Positions 40,193 through 53,267 are shown, counted from the first letter of the stretch. The stretch: DNA of 64,000 nucleotides from Vicugna vicugna (GCA_013265495.1 MU058718.1:3858081-3922080); one strand, 5' to 3'. The notes: generated by a model not told the origin, from the sequence alone. Numbers and translations: made by a program.

Positions 40193-41067
40193 GTAAGGAG
40201 TACTTTTATGTGAACCACTTGCCAATTTTTCTCTCTTCAGAAAAGCAGCAAAAATTGTTTATTTGCTATCCAGTATCTTGAGCCATTGAAAGAAAGGATT
40301 CATAAAATACAAAGGCATTAAAAATGATTTTGGATATACTGTGGATCAAATCATGTATCCTAATTTGAGTGCATTGGTTAGGATTGGGATAGTTTCACTT
40401 TTTATAAATATGGGCAGTTGGGTTCTCAGATTAGCCTACCAAGGCCAACTTAATGTGATCCTATTAGTAGTACTGTGTCCTCTTCATTATGTGGGTTAAA
40501 TATCTTTCTACCCCTGAAGCCATTTTCACATTGAACTATATACAATGAAAAGGAACAGGGAAGCTTCTGTGTTCTCTGGCCCTTCAATAGAACCTATCAG
40601 TAAGGTAGTTCAGCCAGTCATAGGAATGGGTGCTTTATAAATTGTACCTTTTTGTACAGTAAAGTTTTAATATAAATACTAGTCTTTTTCTCTTATCACT
40701 ATTACAGAGGTCTGCTGTCATTATAATCACTATAATGTTATTCAATAGAGTCATTCATTGTTTCACATTATTAAATGTTAGTCATAAAGATAATTAATGA
40801 CTTAAAATTCCAAGAGTGTGTCATTGACATATGTAGCTGTTTTGATAAATTTAATATTTTTGCCCTAAAGTGGTAGATTACAGAAGGAAAAAGTATGAGA
40901 CTGTCTTAGTAGAAGGGGTTAAATTATACCAAAATATGAATTTTATTTTGTAATCAGATCATAGGTATATGCAAGTAAGAGGTTAGCATTTTGTAATAAT
41001 CTTAGCTATTTTCTAAGAATATATAAAATTAATCAAATAAGTCAGTGTTTCTTTCTTTATAAATAAG

Positions 41068-41152
41068 ATGGGAGCTTGTTTTTCCAAAGTTTTTGATGGC
41101 TGCCCTTTGAAAATTAATTGTGCAACATCCTGGATACATCCTGATACAAAAG
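41068..41152 (+). CDS. MAP4K5: MAP4K5 exon (85 nt) [28 protein letters not shown]
   Basis: ataag|ATG ... AAAG|gtaaga; start of CNH domain. Confidence 0.96.
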
Positions 41153-41490
41153 GTAAGATTTCTGAACTTTAATATATCTCCAACAAAATATTTATTATTG
41201 AAGGTTTCTTTATGATCAGTGAACTGAGGGTTTTTTATTTCAAAAGTATGACGTAGAGACAAATAGTTTAGGTACCTGCAACAACCTAAATAAATAGTTT
41301 TCATTTAAGGCATTAGAATTTAAAAGTATATAGGAACAGTTTCTGATTAAAGGAGACTAAAGAGACTTCACAACTGATTGCAACCATAATATGGGATTTT
41401 CTTTTATGTAAAAGGACAATACTGGGACAACTGATAGTCTCAATCAGTAAAGTCAATATATTAGATAATGTTTCAGTGTTAATAACCTGA

Positions 41491-41678
41491 TTTTTTTTTT
41501 ATTGAAGTATAGTCAGTTTACAATGTTATGTCAATTTCTGGTGTACAGTGCATTGCTTCAGTCATACATGAATATACATATATTCATTTTCATTTTTTTT
41601 CACCATAAGCTACTACAAGATATCGAATATAGTTCCCTGTGCTATACAGTATGAACTTGTTTATATATTTTATATATA
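41491..41678 (-). mobile_element. Short L1 3' end nested in an older L1 3' fragment (about 41330-41960)
   Basis: Poly-T, ttattgaagtatagtcagtttacaatgtt; imperfect flanks acctgatttt / accttgatttt. Confidence 0.8.
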
Positions 41679-41964
41679 CCTTGATTTTAATCATTGTACT
41701 GTGGTTATGTACTGTGGTTTTCTTTTCTTTTTTTTTTTTTAAAGAAATGCACACAACTATTTAGGACTAAAGGAGCATCCTACTTAATAACTTAAAAAAT
41801 TCAAAAAACAAGAAAAAGTGTATATACAGATAGAGAAAGAAGGATAAAAACAAAACCAGTAATTGTTAACATTTATGGGATCTGCATGAAGGAGATTCAG
41901 GAATTTGTTGTATTATTTCAACTTTTCTGAAAGTCTGAAATGATGGCAAAATAAAATTTGTGCA

Positions 41965-42785
41965 TATCAAAACTACAATGAGGTATCACTTCACACCTGT
42001 CACAATGGCCATCATTAAAAAGTCCACATGTGGTAAATGGTGGAGAGGATGTAGAGAAAAGGGAACCCTACACTGTTGATGAGAATGTAATTTGGTGCAA
42101 CCACTATGGAAAACAATATGGAGATTTCTTTAAAAACTGAAAGTAAACTTACCATGTGATCCAGCAGTCCCACTCCCGGGAATATACCCAGAGGAAACTC
42201 TAATTCAAAAAGATACATGCACCCCAATGTTCATAGCAGCACTGTTTACAATAGTCAAGATATGGAAGCAACCTAAATGTCCATCAACAGATGACTGGAT
42301 AAAGAAGTTGCGGTATATTTATACAATGGAATACTACTCAGCCATAAGAAAGAATGAAATAATTTCATTTGCAGCAACATGGATAGACCTGGAGATGGTC
42401 ATACCAAGTGAAGTAAGCCAGAAAGAGAAAGACAAATACCATATGATATCACTTATATGTGAAATCTAAAAAAATGACACAAATGAACTTAGTTACAAAA
42501 CAGAAACAGAGACACAGATATAGAAAATAAACTTATGATTACCAGTGGGGAAGGGGTATGAGGGATAAATTGAGAGTTTGGAATCTGCAGACACTAGCTA
42601 CTATATATAAAACAAATAAATGACGAGAACTTACTGTATAGCACAGGGAACTGTATTCAATATCTTATGATAACCTATCATGAAAAGGAATATATATGTT
42701 TATGTATAACTGAATCACTATGCTGTACACCAGAAACTAACACAACATTGTAAATCGACTGTACTTCAATAAAAAAAAATAAAGT
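41965..42785 (+). mobile_element. L1 ORF2 C-terminus, 3'UTR and polyA (relatively young)
   Basis: Peptide MFIAALFTIVKIWKQPKCPSTDDWIKK...YHMISLICEI; aataaaaaaaaa end. Confidence 0.93.
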
Positions 42786-43199
42786 AAAGGGAATTGGCCA
42801 CACATAGTATAACTTGAAAAAATTTTATTTAAAAAATTTTGGCTTTATATTTTTAAAATAAGGAAGCATAGTACATAGAGGCAAAAACTTGGAATCAAAT
42901 ACATCTGAGTTTGAATTACCTCTCTGTCTTACTGTGTGACTTCGAAAAGATACTTAACACCTCTGGTTCTAAGTATGATCATTTATAAGATAAATACTCA
43001 TAACACTCACCTGTTGCTAGGTAGAAAGGAGCCTACCTGGTTGTCTGGAAATTAGCAAACAGAGGTTAGGCAGTAGAGGGTGTTCGGAAAATGTTTGTTT
43101 CTACCTCAACACAGTCATAAAGACAGGTCATATAATTTTCTGCTTTAAATGCCACTATTATAAAGTATAACAGAAAAAATATTTTTAACAGTAAGAAAA

Positions 43200-44100
43200 T
43201 GAGGTTTTTTTATATTTTTAACTTTGTAATTTGATTTAAGTTTAAACTTACAAAAAATTTAGAGAAATAGTGCAAGAAACTCCTATATGCTTAGAGTCAT
43301 CACTTGTTTCTGTCTTGCTGCATTTGTTTTACTGTTTTCTATCCATATGTGCATTTTTTTCTGAATCACTTGAGAGTGAGTTGTAGACATCATACTCTTC
43401 CCCCAGTTATACTTCAGTTTGTATTTCGGAACAAGAATCATCTCTTATAGAACCACAGTACCATTATAAAGATCAGGAAGTCTGTCATTAATATGATACT
43501 GTTTTCTAATCCACAGTCCATATTTAAACTTTGCTAGTTATCCCAGTAATGTCCTTTATCATCTTCTCCCTCCTTTTTTCCCATCCAACATCCAATTCAG
43601 GTTCACATGTTGCCTGTAGCTACCATGTCTCTTTAGTCTCCTTTAGTCTGGAACAGTTTTTCAACCTTTCTTTCTCTCTTGATCTTGCCGTTTTTTAAGC
43701 TACTTATTTCGTAGAATGTCCCTTAATTTGAGTTCGTCTGATGAATCCTCATGCTTAGATCAGGTTATGCACTGTTGCCAGTATTATCACAGAAGTGTTA
43801 TTGTGCTCTTTTCATTTCATCATATCAGGAGGCACATGGTATTAGCTTGTTCAAATACCAGTGATATTAACATTGACCAGTTGGTTAAGGTGGTGTTCAC
43901 TAACCTTCTCTACTGTCAAGTTCCTATTTTTCACTTTCTAATTAATAAGTAATTGCTTAATTAACTTCCTAAACTAATTAATAAGTAATGAGCGTGGAGA
44001 AACATTGAGACTTTATCCTCTTGCTCTTTAGGCTTTTCACTGACTAGGTTTAGCATCCATTGACAGTCTGTTGACATCTATTGATGATTTCCCTTCTTTC
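43200..44100 (-). mobile_element. L1MC-like 3' region, antisense
   Basis: T-rich; ttgaccagttggttaaggtggtgt motif. Confidence 0.7.
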
Positions 44101-44400
44101 TCATTTATTCCCTTATGTTTGAATAAATTGACATGTAATGAAAATTATGTTGAAAGAAGGGATTGTATAATAAGATAAAGCCAAAATGAATTAGTAACAG
44201 AAACTATATCTGCTTTAAAAAATAAAATAAGAATTAGAGAGAGAGGTAAACAGGGTGGCATGGATTTTAGAAAATAATTTTTCTTTGGATAGGTGGGTGG
44301 CTTTCTAACTCTTCATACCATTAAAATATAGAGTCATCATTTTAGTGAATAATTTCAGAAAATGATAGTAAATTCTGGTGATTTATCTCAACTATTTTAG

Positions 44401-44480
44401 ATCAGTACATTATTTTTGGAACTGAAGATGGTATTTACACATTGAATCTCAATGAGCTACATGAGGCAACGATGGAACAG
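44401..44480 (+). CDS. MAP4K5: MAP4K5 exon (80 nt) [27 protein letters not shown]
   Basis: ttag|AT ... CAG|gtaatt. Confidence 0.96.
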
Positions 44481-44776
44481 GTAATTTCGAAGTTTTAACT
44501 AAAAAATTTAGGTTAGGTCAGTTGAATAAAGGGAATATCTTAATTTTAAATCAATGTAGATGGGCCTCAGTTTTCATTTTTCTGATGTAAGTTATTTAAA
44601 GGGTTGAACTTGTACTCTTTACATGTTCATTTTGAAAGATTTTTTTCCATAAGGTTTTGATATTTTACTGAAAGAAACTAGTTATTTTTCTACCCTTTCA
44701 GACTGTTGGAATTTGGAGGTTAAGGAGTAAGGGGATGAAATTTGGAGAGTTTTAATTAATCTTTTTTTCTTTATAG

Positions 44777-44837
44777 TTATTTCCACGGAAATGTACTTGG
44801 CTCTATGTTATCAATAATACTTTAATGTCATTGTCAG
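44777..44837 (+). CDS. MAP4K5: MAP4K5 exon (61 nt) LFPRKCTWLYVINNTLMSLS
   Basis: atag|TTA ... TCAG|gtatgt. Confidence 0.96.
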
Positions 44838-45555
44838 GTATGTATATAATGAAAATAATATGAAAAATAAACCATAGACAAACAAAGAAATGTAATTTTA
44901 ATACACATTATTTTAAAATGTTATTTGGGGTAATTATAATCTTGTATAGTTGGCTTTGAGACTTGAAGACGTTTTTACCCATCTAGAATGGGAAGAAACT
45001 TTAAGAAGGGACCCTGTTGCCAATTAACAGTAGTATTTCCTACTCCTGCTCAGGGACTACACAGTTGGGCAACATGACAGCGACTGGTACCTAAAACTGT
45101 CCCCTCTACTCAGACTTCTCCACAGTCCTATTACTGTCACTACCCTTTCCTTCTATTGAGAATCAGTGTTTGAAGGGAATGAATCGGAGGATCTAGCCAG
45201 CCACTGTCCCTCCACTGTTTTCTTAATTGTAAAATGAGGACAGCCTCATGACATGGCCATGAGGACTAAGTGAGATACCCTGAGTACTTAGGAAACTGTA
45301 TTACAGGTGTTCACTGGTACAGTTCATGCCATTCTGGACCACATACTAACCAACTTGGACCAATGCTTTAAAGCCTTATAAGTAAGCAAGTGGGTTCCAG
45401 AGCAACCTATCCTATTCTAATTTTGTTATTTATGTTTTTCTTTTTTGGTTGTTGTGGGTGGGTGGGTGATGTTTTAGGCTTTTTACCCCCTAATTCTTAC
45501 CTGCCAAAACCTGTTTTCTTACATTTTAGAGGTTTGCTGCTTGCTTTCATGCTAA

Positions 45556-45861
45556 TAGTATGGCCCTCTGTATCCACATCCATGGATTCAACCAACTACA
45601 GATAGAAATTATTTTTTAATCCGAGAAAGTTCAAAAAAAAAACCTTGAATTTGCCAGGCACCAGGCAACTATTTACATAACATTTACATTGTATTAGGTA
45701 TTATGTGTAATCCAGAGACGAATTAAAATATACAGGAGAATGGGCATAGGTTATATGCAAACACTACACCATTTTGAATAAGGGACTTGAGCATCCTCAG
45801 ATTTTGGTATCCAGAGGGGGTCCTGGAAACAGTACCCTGTAGATATGAAGGGACTACTGTA
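45556..45861. mobile_element. MER2-like TcMar-Tigger element
   Basis: Ends ggccctctgtatc / gatatgaagggactactg-ta; catttacattgtattaggtatt core. Confidence 0.85.
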
Positions 45862-47448
45862 CAAGAGAGTTAATTATTTCTCTCTGTCCTTTGCTAATTC
45901 TAATGCTATCAGCTCTTAAAATAGCACTCATTCTTTTCTCTGCTTTGAATAATTAAATTATTTTACCTTTTCTTAAATTTTTTTCAGTGGTTTTATTTGA
46001 TACTCTTTTGTGGTCTGTATCTCAATAGATGTGTGATGATTATATCTTGGGCTCCTATTTACTGTGCTGTCAAGCTTTTTGTTTTTAAGTGTACCTTTCA
46101 GCTACTTACGCTTTAAAGCATCAGTGCTGATACCGTTTTAACTCACTGACAGGTAGATGAGTAATTTGTGGCCTAATATAAGAAATGTCATTTTCATAAT
46201 TTTAACCGTGTGTGTGTGTATAACTTAAACTCTTCTACCAACCATCGCATAGTAGAGGTTCTTCAGGAATTTGTATGTTTGAGCTGATGTCAGTGCTTAT
46301 AAAGAGCCATTTTTTTTAATTGAAGTATATTTGATGAAGAGCATGTTATTTGATTGTGTGTAAATGTCTTTTAAAAAGCCAGGGTCCTCAAAAGAGTACT
46401 TAATCTCTTTGATTTTATTATGCTTTCCCCCATTTTTAACTTTTATTTAATAAGATATTAATATATTATATTACTATTATGAAAACAGATTTAAACCCAA
46501 TTCTGTTTGGGTTAACAATTCTGAATTATATACGTATAGAGTCACTTTCCTCTAACTCTCTTACAGCTTTTATCCCTACTCATACCTGTCTTTGGGAATA
46601 GCCTTAAAAGTCACACAGAGTGCATCTTATATATTTATAAAAGTGCATCTTACATATTTAGAAAAGCAAGGAAAAGTTAGCCTATAAGTTAGTTCTTCCC
46701 AAATTCTTAAAATGACCCATAACATTGAATGAAGGTAGGTAGCAGTGCTCGGTAGGAGAAAATGTTCTGCCTAAGGGTCTGCATTTGTGTGTGTACACAC
46801 ACATACATGTACATGGGTGTAGCTGCCTGGGTAGCGAGCTATATATAAAGGGGGACTGGAGAGAGAAAGGGTGGTATAGTGTCAGGCAGAACATTTGCAT
46901 TTTGAAAAAATACAGAAAATTTTGTTGAGGATAAGACCATATTTTTTTTCATGTTTTCTAATAGTAAAGTAATAAATACTAATTTGGGTTGTTATAATAC
47001 CATATCATGTACAATAAGGAGTCAGAAGATGTTTACCATATTTCCCCTTCTTAGTATTTCAATCTGTTATCCTTAGGACTTCATTCACAGCTTTAATCCA
47101 AGGTAGTGTGGTAGATTACTGGTAAATAGGACTATCTCTGAAAGGTAACGTAATATAGTTATGGAATTGTCCATGTTGTACTAAAATAATCACATGTACA
47201 TCATTGTAACTCAAACCACTGTACAAAGATGTTTAACAATTTCTCTATATTGACTTCATTTATGGTTTACATATTCTGCCCAGATCACCTATTAGAATGT
47301 ATCTAATTTATGTGTTGGGAAACACAATTATTTATTTGCTTTGAAACTCATTTTATTTATTATCTTCAAAATAGTATTAACTGGGTTTTTTGTTTGTGTT
47401 TTTCTATTTTGCTTGGCTTTTTGAACATTTCTGGACTCATCATTTTAG

Positions 47449-47451
47449 AAG
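47449..47451 (+). CDS. MAP4K5: Candidate 3-nt microexon AAG (adds Glu: SLS-E-GRTF)
   Basis: cattttag|AAG|gtaatt, phase 1-1, followed by an 82-nt intron to the next exon. Confidence 0.75.
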
Positions 47452-47533
47452 GTAATTATCTTTTTTTTGCTTGAAAATTATATTTCTTTGCTGTAAATAA
47501 TTCTAATAAAAATAATATGTTTCTCTTTTATAG

Positions 47534-47648
47534 GAAGAACCTTTCAGCTCTACTCTCATAATCTTATAGCTTTGTTTGAACAAGCCAAAAAACCAGGACT
47601 TGCTGCCCATATTCAAACTCATAGGTTTCCAGACCGCATACTACCAAG
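47534..47648 (+). CDS. MAP4K5: MAP4K5 exon (115 nt) GRTFQLYSHNLIALFEQAKKPGLAAHIQTHRFPDRILPR
   Basis: atag|GA ... AAG|gtacaa. Confidence 0.96.
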
Positions 47649-47797
47649 GTACAAAATATTTTGATTCTACTGGTATTGAGGGGAATTAGTGTCTATTTTT
47701 AAAACAGCCCATCTTCCTTGCCCACTGAAAAACTCCTTTGTCTTAATTTTGAAAGGTAGTTTACACTAAAGTAAATGTCATGTAGAATTCAAAGGAT

Positions 47798-47985
47798 CGG
47801 TGTTTCTGTAACTTGACTGTCCGTGGGAATCACCCATATAAGTTTTATAGTACAGATTCCCAGGCCCTGCCTCAGGTCTATAAAATGAGGCAGTTTGGGG
47901 TCAGAGTTTAAGACAGTTTTTTTTTAAGCTCCTTGACTGATTCTAATGGAAGTGATTCACAGATCACTTGTTTGGGAACCACTGC
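47798..47985. mobile_element. MER5-like hAT MITE
   Basis: tacagattcccaggccc ... tttgggaaccactg. Confidence 0.65.
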
Positions 47986-48019
47986 AGGAGAGTACATTTT
48001 TATTGTCCTGTGTTTTCAG

Positions 48020-48078
48020 AAAGTTCGCTTTAACAACAAAGATTCCTGATACAAAAGGCTGCCACAAATGTTGCATAG
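48020..48078 (+). CDS. MAP4K5: MAP4K5 exon (59 nt) KFALTTKIPDTKGCHKCCI
   Basis: tcag|A ... ATAG|gtgagt. Confidence 0.96.
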
Positions 48079-48437
48079 GTGAGTAAATGCTATTTCTCAA
48101 ACTACATGGTTAGAACTTTTAACATCTTTAAAATTTTCTGAAAACTCTTATAGTGTTAATTGAAGGAAGGTAGGCTTTATATTTGTTTTAAATAAGGAGT
48201 TCAGGGACCATTGACACTCAAGAATGTATAGTGAGTGGGACATGGCAGAAAAATGCTTGAAGGTAACATCCCTGATGCTTTCTCAGAGCATAATGTTCCT
48301 CGAATTTTTTAACGATAGCCCATAATGCTCTATCTCTGCTAATATCCTAGTTTTCATTTAACACTTCCATTTATTTAACAGTTATTGTTTATTGCTTTAT
48401 GAGCATTTTTATTTCATGAGTTTGGCAACTATAAAGC

Positions 48438-49176
48438 TGTAGGGAATGGTCCACACAAGACCACTCTGACTTCTGACACCAATTGCAAGTTTGGGGAGTT
48501 CCCAAAACAACCTACAGGTTCAAAAATTCACTAGACGGACTCACAGAATTCACTAAAAGTGGTTATACTCTTGGTTATGGCTTATTACAGGGAAAGGGTA
48601 TAGAGTAAAATCAGCCAAGGGAAGAAATACATAGGGTAGAGTCCAGGAAAAATACCAGATGTAGAGTTTCTTTTGTCCTCTCTCTGGGGAATAATAGACA
48701 ACATATGAACCACGTTACTTTTCTGGCAATGATGTGTGGCAGTACACACAGAGCACTGCTAACCAGGGAGGCTTACTCAGGAACCTGTGTCCAGAGGTTT
48801 TATTAGGGCTCAATCACATAGGCATGCTTTCCCCCCAGATATTTGCATTTATTATAAACAAGGATGCAGACCTTGCCCACATGGCTGATCTCAATGTCTA
48901 GACCCTCTGGAGGTCAAGTGGTAACTGCCTGACCCAAAGCCCCTAGCCTAAATAGCATAGTTGGTCTTCCTGGCATGACCATCCTCCACCCTGAGACCAT
49001 CGAATGTCGCCAGTCCCCACTCTAAATCATATTGTTGAGTATACAGTGACCCACAGCCCTAAGCTAGCAAAGACACTCCCATCTGGCATGACTTTCCTGA
49101 AGTATAGAGGTTAACTCCCAAAAGGGAGGGCAAAGACCAGACCTCTTCTGGGACAAGGTTAAATTCTGTGCTATAT
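48438..49176 (-). mobile_element. MER21-like solo LTR (ERVL)
   Basis: About 740 bp; acttctgacaccaattgcaagtttgggg and aggttaaattct..cta ends recall MER21. Confidence 0.75.
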
Positions 49177-50223
49177 AATTATTTTATCTTACTTAACCCT
49201 CAAACAACTCATGGTACATATGTCAGTGGTAGAAGAACCTTCGATCAGACCTGGTCTATGATTTCAGATCGTGGGCTCCTAACTTTTTGTGTATTCTTTT
49301 TGTTTAATCAGTGAGCTTACACATTGATCTTCGCACTGTGTAAGTTGCACAGCATACTCTCCAGTTATAAGTGAATTTCATGAGCATTTTTCTAGGGAGA
49401 ATCAGGTCCGTATCTGTTATCAGATTCCCAAGATCTATGACTTCTAAGAAAGGTCTAGACACTTAGAATCTGAGATATAAACTCATAAATATATTAAGAT
49501 AGAGCTTACTGCAAATAACTACTATTATAATTTTAAAAAATTATTGTTGATTGGAATCAAATTGGGCAGAAGGAAGGCCCGGTGAGTTGCTATAGTTTGA
49601 GTCAAGGAAGTTACATCTTTATTAGTTGTAAAATAATTAGTTATTTTCATCTTGTCTGAAGTGGACAGCTGTAAACTAATACACGGAAAATGGAATCATA
49701 CATTTCAGTTGTCTCCTAGACTTTCTTGTCAGAATGTATTCTTTTGGTCAGTTTAATTAAGAAGCAGATGTTTAGATTGTATAATAATTTAGGTGTTTTA
49801 GTGCTTAAAATATTGTTCTTTTAAAAAGTTCCTGTGTTTAAGAATCTAGTACATTAAAGATGTTTAGAAGTAAATGTATAAATTAAAATTGAGATAAGAT
49901 GAAAAGGGAAGGGTAACAAAGCCAAAAGAAAAAGACATCATCTTTCTTTACTTTCTGCCCACTCTTATCATTCCAGTGAACATAACCAATAATTATCCTT
50001 TATCAGCTAAGTTAACACTTCAGTTGGTTCTTCTTCCATTCATATTTTGGTATATGGCAGGCGACATTTGATTGTTTTTATCCCATACATATATCAACAC
50101 TGCCTTTATAAAGAAATCTCATTTAGCTTTTAGGTGAATATAACTCAGTTACTGCTTTTAGCTAAACTTTATGTTTTCATATAAAAATAGTGTCTTGGTT
50201 GTATCTGTTTTGTTTCTTTCCAG

Positions 50224-50327
50224 TAAGAAACCCTTACACAGGGCATAAATACCTCTGTGGAGCTTTGCAGTCTGGAATTGTTTTACTTCAGTGGTATGAG
50301 CCAATGCAGAAATTCATGTTGATAAAG
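50224..50327 (+). CDS. MAP4K5: MAP4K5 exon (104 nt) [35 protein letters not shown]
   Basis: ccag|TA ... AAG|gtatag. Confidence 0.96.
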
Positions 50328-50604
50328 GTATAGTTTACTTTGTTCACATTTTTCTTCTTTAGAAAACGCTGCATAACTGAACCTAAAATAATAAGATCCC
50401 ATTGCCACCATCTATGGTCAACACATTTATAGTTATTTATAGGTGTTTATTTGATTTGCGGTTTTTGTGTTCTTCTTAAGATTTCATCTTTATGTTAATA
50501 AACTTCCAGAAACATCACATCCATAAAGAAGAATATGGCCAATTCTCTAAAACGTTTTTTATGGAGAACTGATTCTTATGATCATTTAGAGGTAGTCATT
50601 TTTT

Positions 50605-52071
50605 AATTGAAGAATTACAATATTGTGTTAGTTTCAGATGTACCAAGTATACAGATATATATTTATATTTTTTCAGATTCTTTTCCATTATAGGTTATTA
50701 TAAGATATTGAATATACTTCCCTGTGTTATACAGTAAATCCTTGTTATCTATTTTATATATAGTATTTTGTATCCATTAATTCCATACTTATAATTTTCC
50801 CCTCCTCCACTCCCTTTCCCCTTTGTTTTCTGTCTCTGAGTCTGTTTCTGTTTTGCATATAGATTTATTTGAATTATTTTTTAGATTCCACATGTAAGTG
50901 ATACAACATTTGTCTTTCTCTGACTTGTTTCACTAAGCATAATATTCTCTGGGTCCATCCATGTTGCTATAAATGGCAGTATTTCATTCTTCTTATGGCT
51001 GAGTAATACCCATTGTGTATGTATACACCACATCTTCTTATGCCAGTTGTCTGTTAATGGGCACTTGGGTTGTTTCCATGTCTTATATTATAAATAGTGC
51101 TGCTGTGAACATTGGGTACATGTATCTTTTTGAGTTAGACTTTTCATCTTTTCTGGATATATACCCAGGAGTGAGATTGCTGGATCATATGGTAGCTCTA
51201 TTTTTAATTTTTTAAGAAATGTCCATACTGTTTTCCATAGTGACTGCACCAAATTACATTCCCACCAATAGTGTAGGAAGGTTCCCTTTTCTCTACACCC
51301 TCTCCAGCATTTATTATTTGTTGACTTACGATGGTGGCCATTCTGACCGTTGTGAGGTGATACCTCATTGTAGTTTTCATTTGCATTTCTCTAATAATTA
51401 CTGATGTTGAGCATCTTTTCATGTGCCTTGGGGAAATGTCTGTTTAGGTCTTTGGCCCATTTTTTGATTTGGGTATTCTGGGGTTTTTTATTGAAGCATA
51501 TAGTTGGTTTACAATGTTGTGTTAGTTAGGGTGTATTTATTTGTTTGGTTGGTTTTTTTGATGTTGAGTTTTATGAGCTGTTTGTTTATTTTGGGAAGTA
51601 ATCGTTGGTCACATCATCATTTGCACGAGTCTTCTCCCATTACATAAGTTTTCTTTTTGTTTTGTTTATGGTCTTCTTTGCTGTGCTTTTAATTTTAAGT
51701 TTGATTAGGTCCCATTTGTTTATTTTTGCTTTTATTTCTTTTGCCTTGGGAGACTGACCTAAGAAAACATTGTTATGATTTTTGTCAAAAAATGTTTTGC
51801 CTATGTTCTCTTCTAGGAGTTTTATGGTGTCATGTCTTATGGTTAGGTCATTAAACCATTTTATTTCTGTATGTAGTGTGAATGAGTGTTCTAGTTCATT
51901 GATTTACATGAAACTGTCCAGCTTTCCCAGCACCACTTGTTGAAGAGACTGTCTTTTCTCCATTGTGTATTCTTGCCTCCTTCGTTGTAGATTAATTGAC
52001 CATAGGTGTGTGGGTTTATTTCTGGGCTCTATTCTGTTTCATTGATCTGTATGTCTATTATTGTGCCAGTA
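50605..52071 (-). mobile_element. 5'-truncated L1 (1.47 kb) with perfect TSD
   Basis: TSD agaggtagtcatttttt at 50588-50604 and 52072-52088; minus-strand peptide [24 protein letters not shown]. Confidence 0.93.
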
Positions 52072-52182
52072 AGAGGTAGTCATTTTTTTTCAAGAAAAGG
52101 AAAGCCTTTCTGTTGAATTTATTCAACAACAGTATGAATGGGTAAATTGTTTCTAAATTACACTTCTGTTTATTTTTTGCAG

Positions 52183-52360
52183 CACTTTGATTTTCCCTTG
52201 CCAAGTCCTTTGAATGTTTTTGAAATGCTGGTCATACCAGAACAGGAATACCCTATGGTCTGTGTAGCTATTAGCAAGGGCACTGAATCAAATCAGGTTG
52301 TTCAGTTTGAGACAATCAATTTGAACTCTGCATCTTCATGGTTTACAGAAATTGGTGCAG
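52183..52360 (+). CDS. MAP4K5: MAP4K5 exon (178 nt) HFDFPLPSPLNVFEMLVIPEQEYPMVCVAISKGTESNQVVQFETINLNSASSWFTEIGA
   Basis: gcag|CAC ... GCAG|gtaagt; visible in ORF track. Confidence 0.97.
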
Positions 52361-53267
52361 GTAAGTGTTTTTTACTTTATGTTAAAATATTAATGCTTTT
52401 GCTTATGAAAATAGCAGAATAGATTCAACCTGTGTGAGCTCTTCAAGTAAAGATTCCCAAGTAAGCCCAGAGGATCATGGGCATATACTTTTGATCTCTA
52501 TTTGCCTGAGGCAATTTGATACAAAGTATTTTACCAAGGAAAATTTTAATGAGTCCTGATATTTAAAAGTCTTAGTTGTTATCAGTTAATCTTTGAACTT
52601 ACTAAATCATTAGGTTTTCGAAAATAATTTTATCAACTTCTAAAGCAAAGAAATTTACCTTTTTTTCCTGTCAGTTTCTTTCCTACACATTCTTAAAATG
52701 ATTGCATTCTAGTACTTTTCAGACTTGAATAGAAGCTTCTCATGTGTGGGCTCCAAGCTTTACCATTTCAAGATACAGGGAAATATCATTTGCATTTTTT
52801 GAGAATGATTTGTTAGCCCAGGATTTTATCAAGCGTGTTTCAATGAAAGCTCTGAAAAGGTTGGGAAGTTTATTTTCATACTTTAAAATTGGGACAGATC
52901 AATCAAGAATTCATGTAAAAAAATCAACATAATAAGTAAAATGAAGAGGGTCTTCATTTTGCCAGCTTACTGTTTTCGTTGTGCTAGTATATTATTTGAT
53001 CATTTGTCACCCCAGGTTTATCAAGCTATTTTTACACATGAAGTCAAGCAAGCTTTAGTTATAACTATTTCATTACTGACCACTGTTATATTCTTTATCA
53101 CCTTGTGAAGAAGTCTGTTAAAAGTATCACAAGTTTGAAGGTTCTTATTAAGTATCTTTGGCTTTTGATCATTTATAGGCTAAATTATAAGAACTCTGTA
53201 CAATCCAGCTACTGAAGTTAATGTAGAACTACACTAATGTCACTTTCAGAATAAGAATCAGTATGAA

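Noticed and set aside
42786..42835. 3' transduction after the L1 polyA
   Set aside because: No convincing TSD to delimit it.
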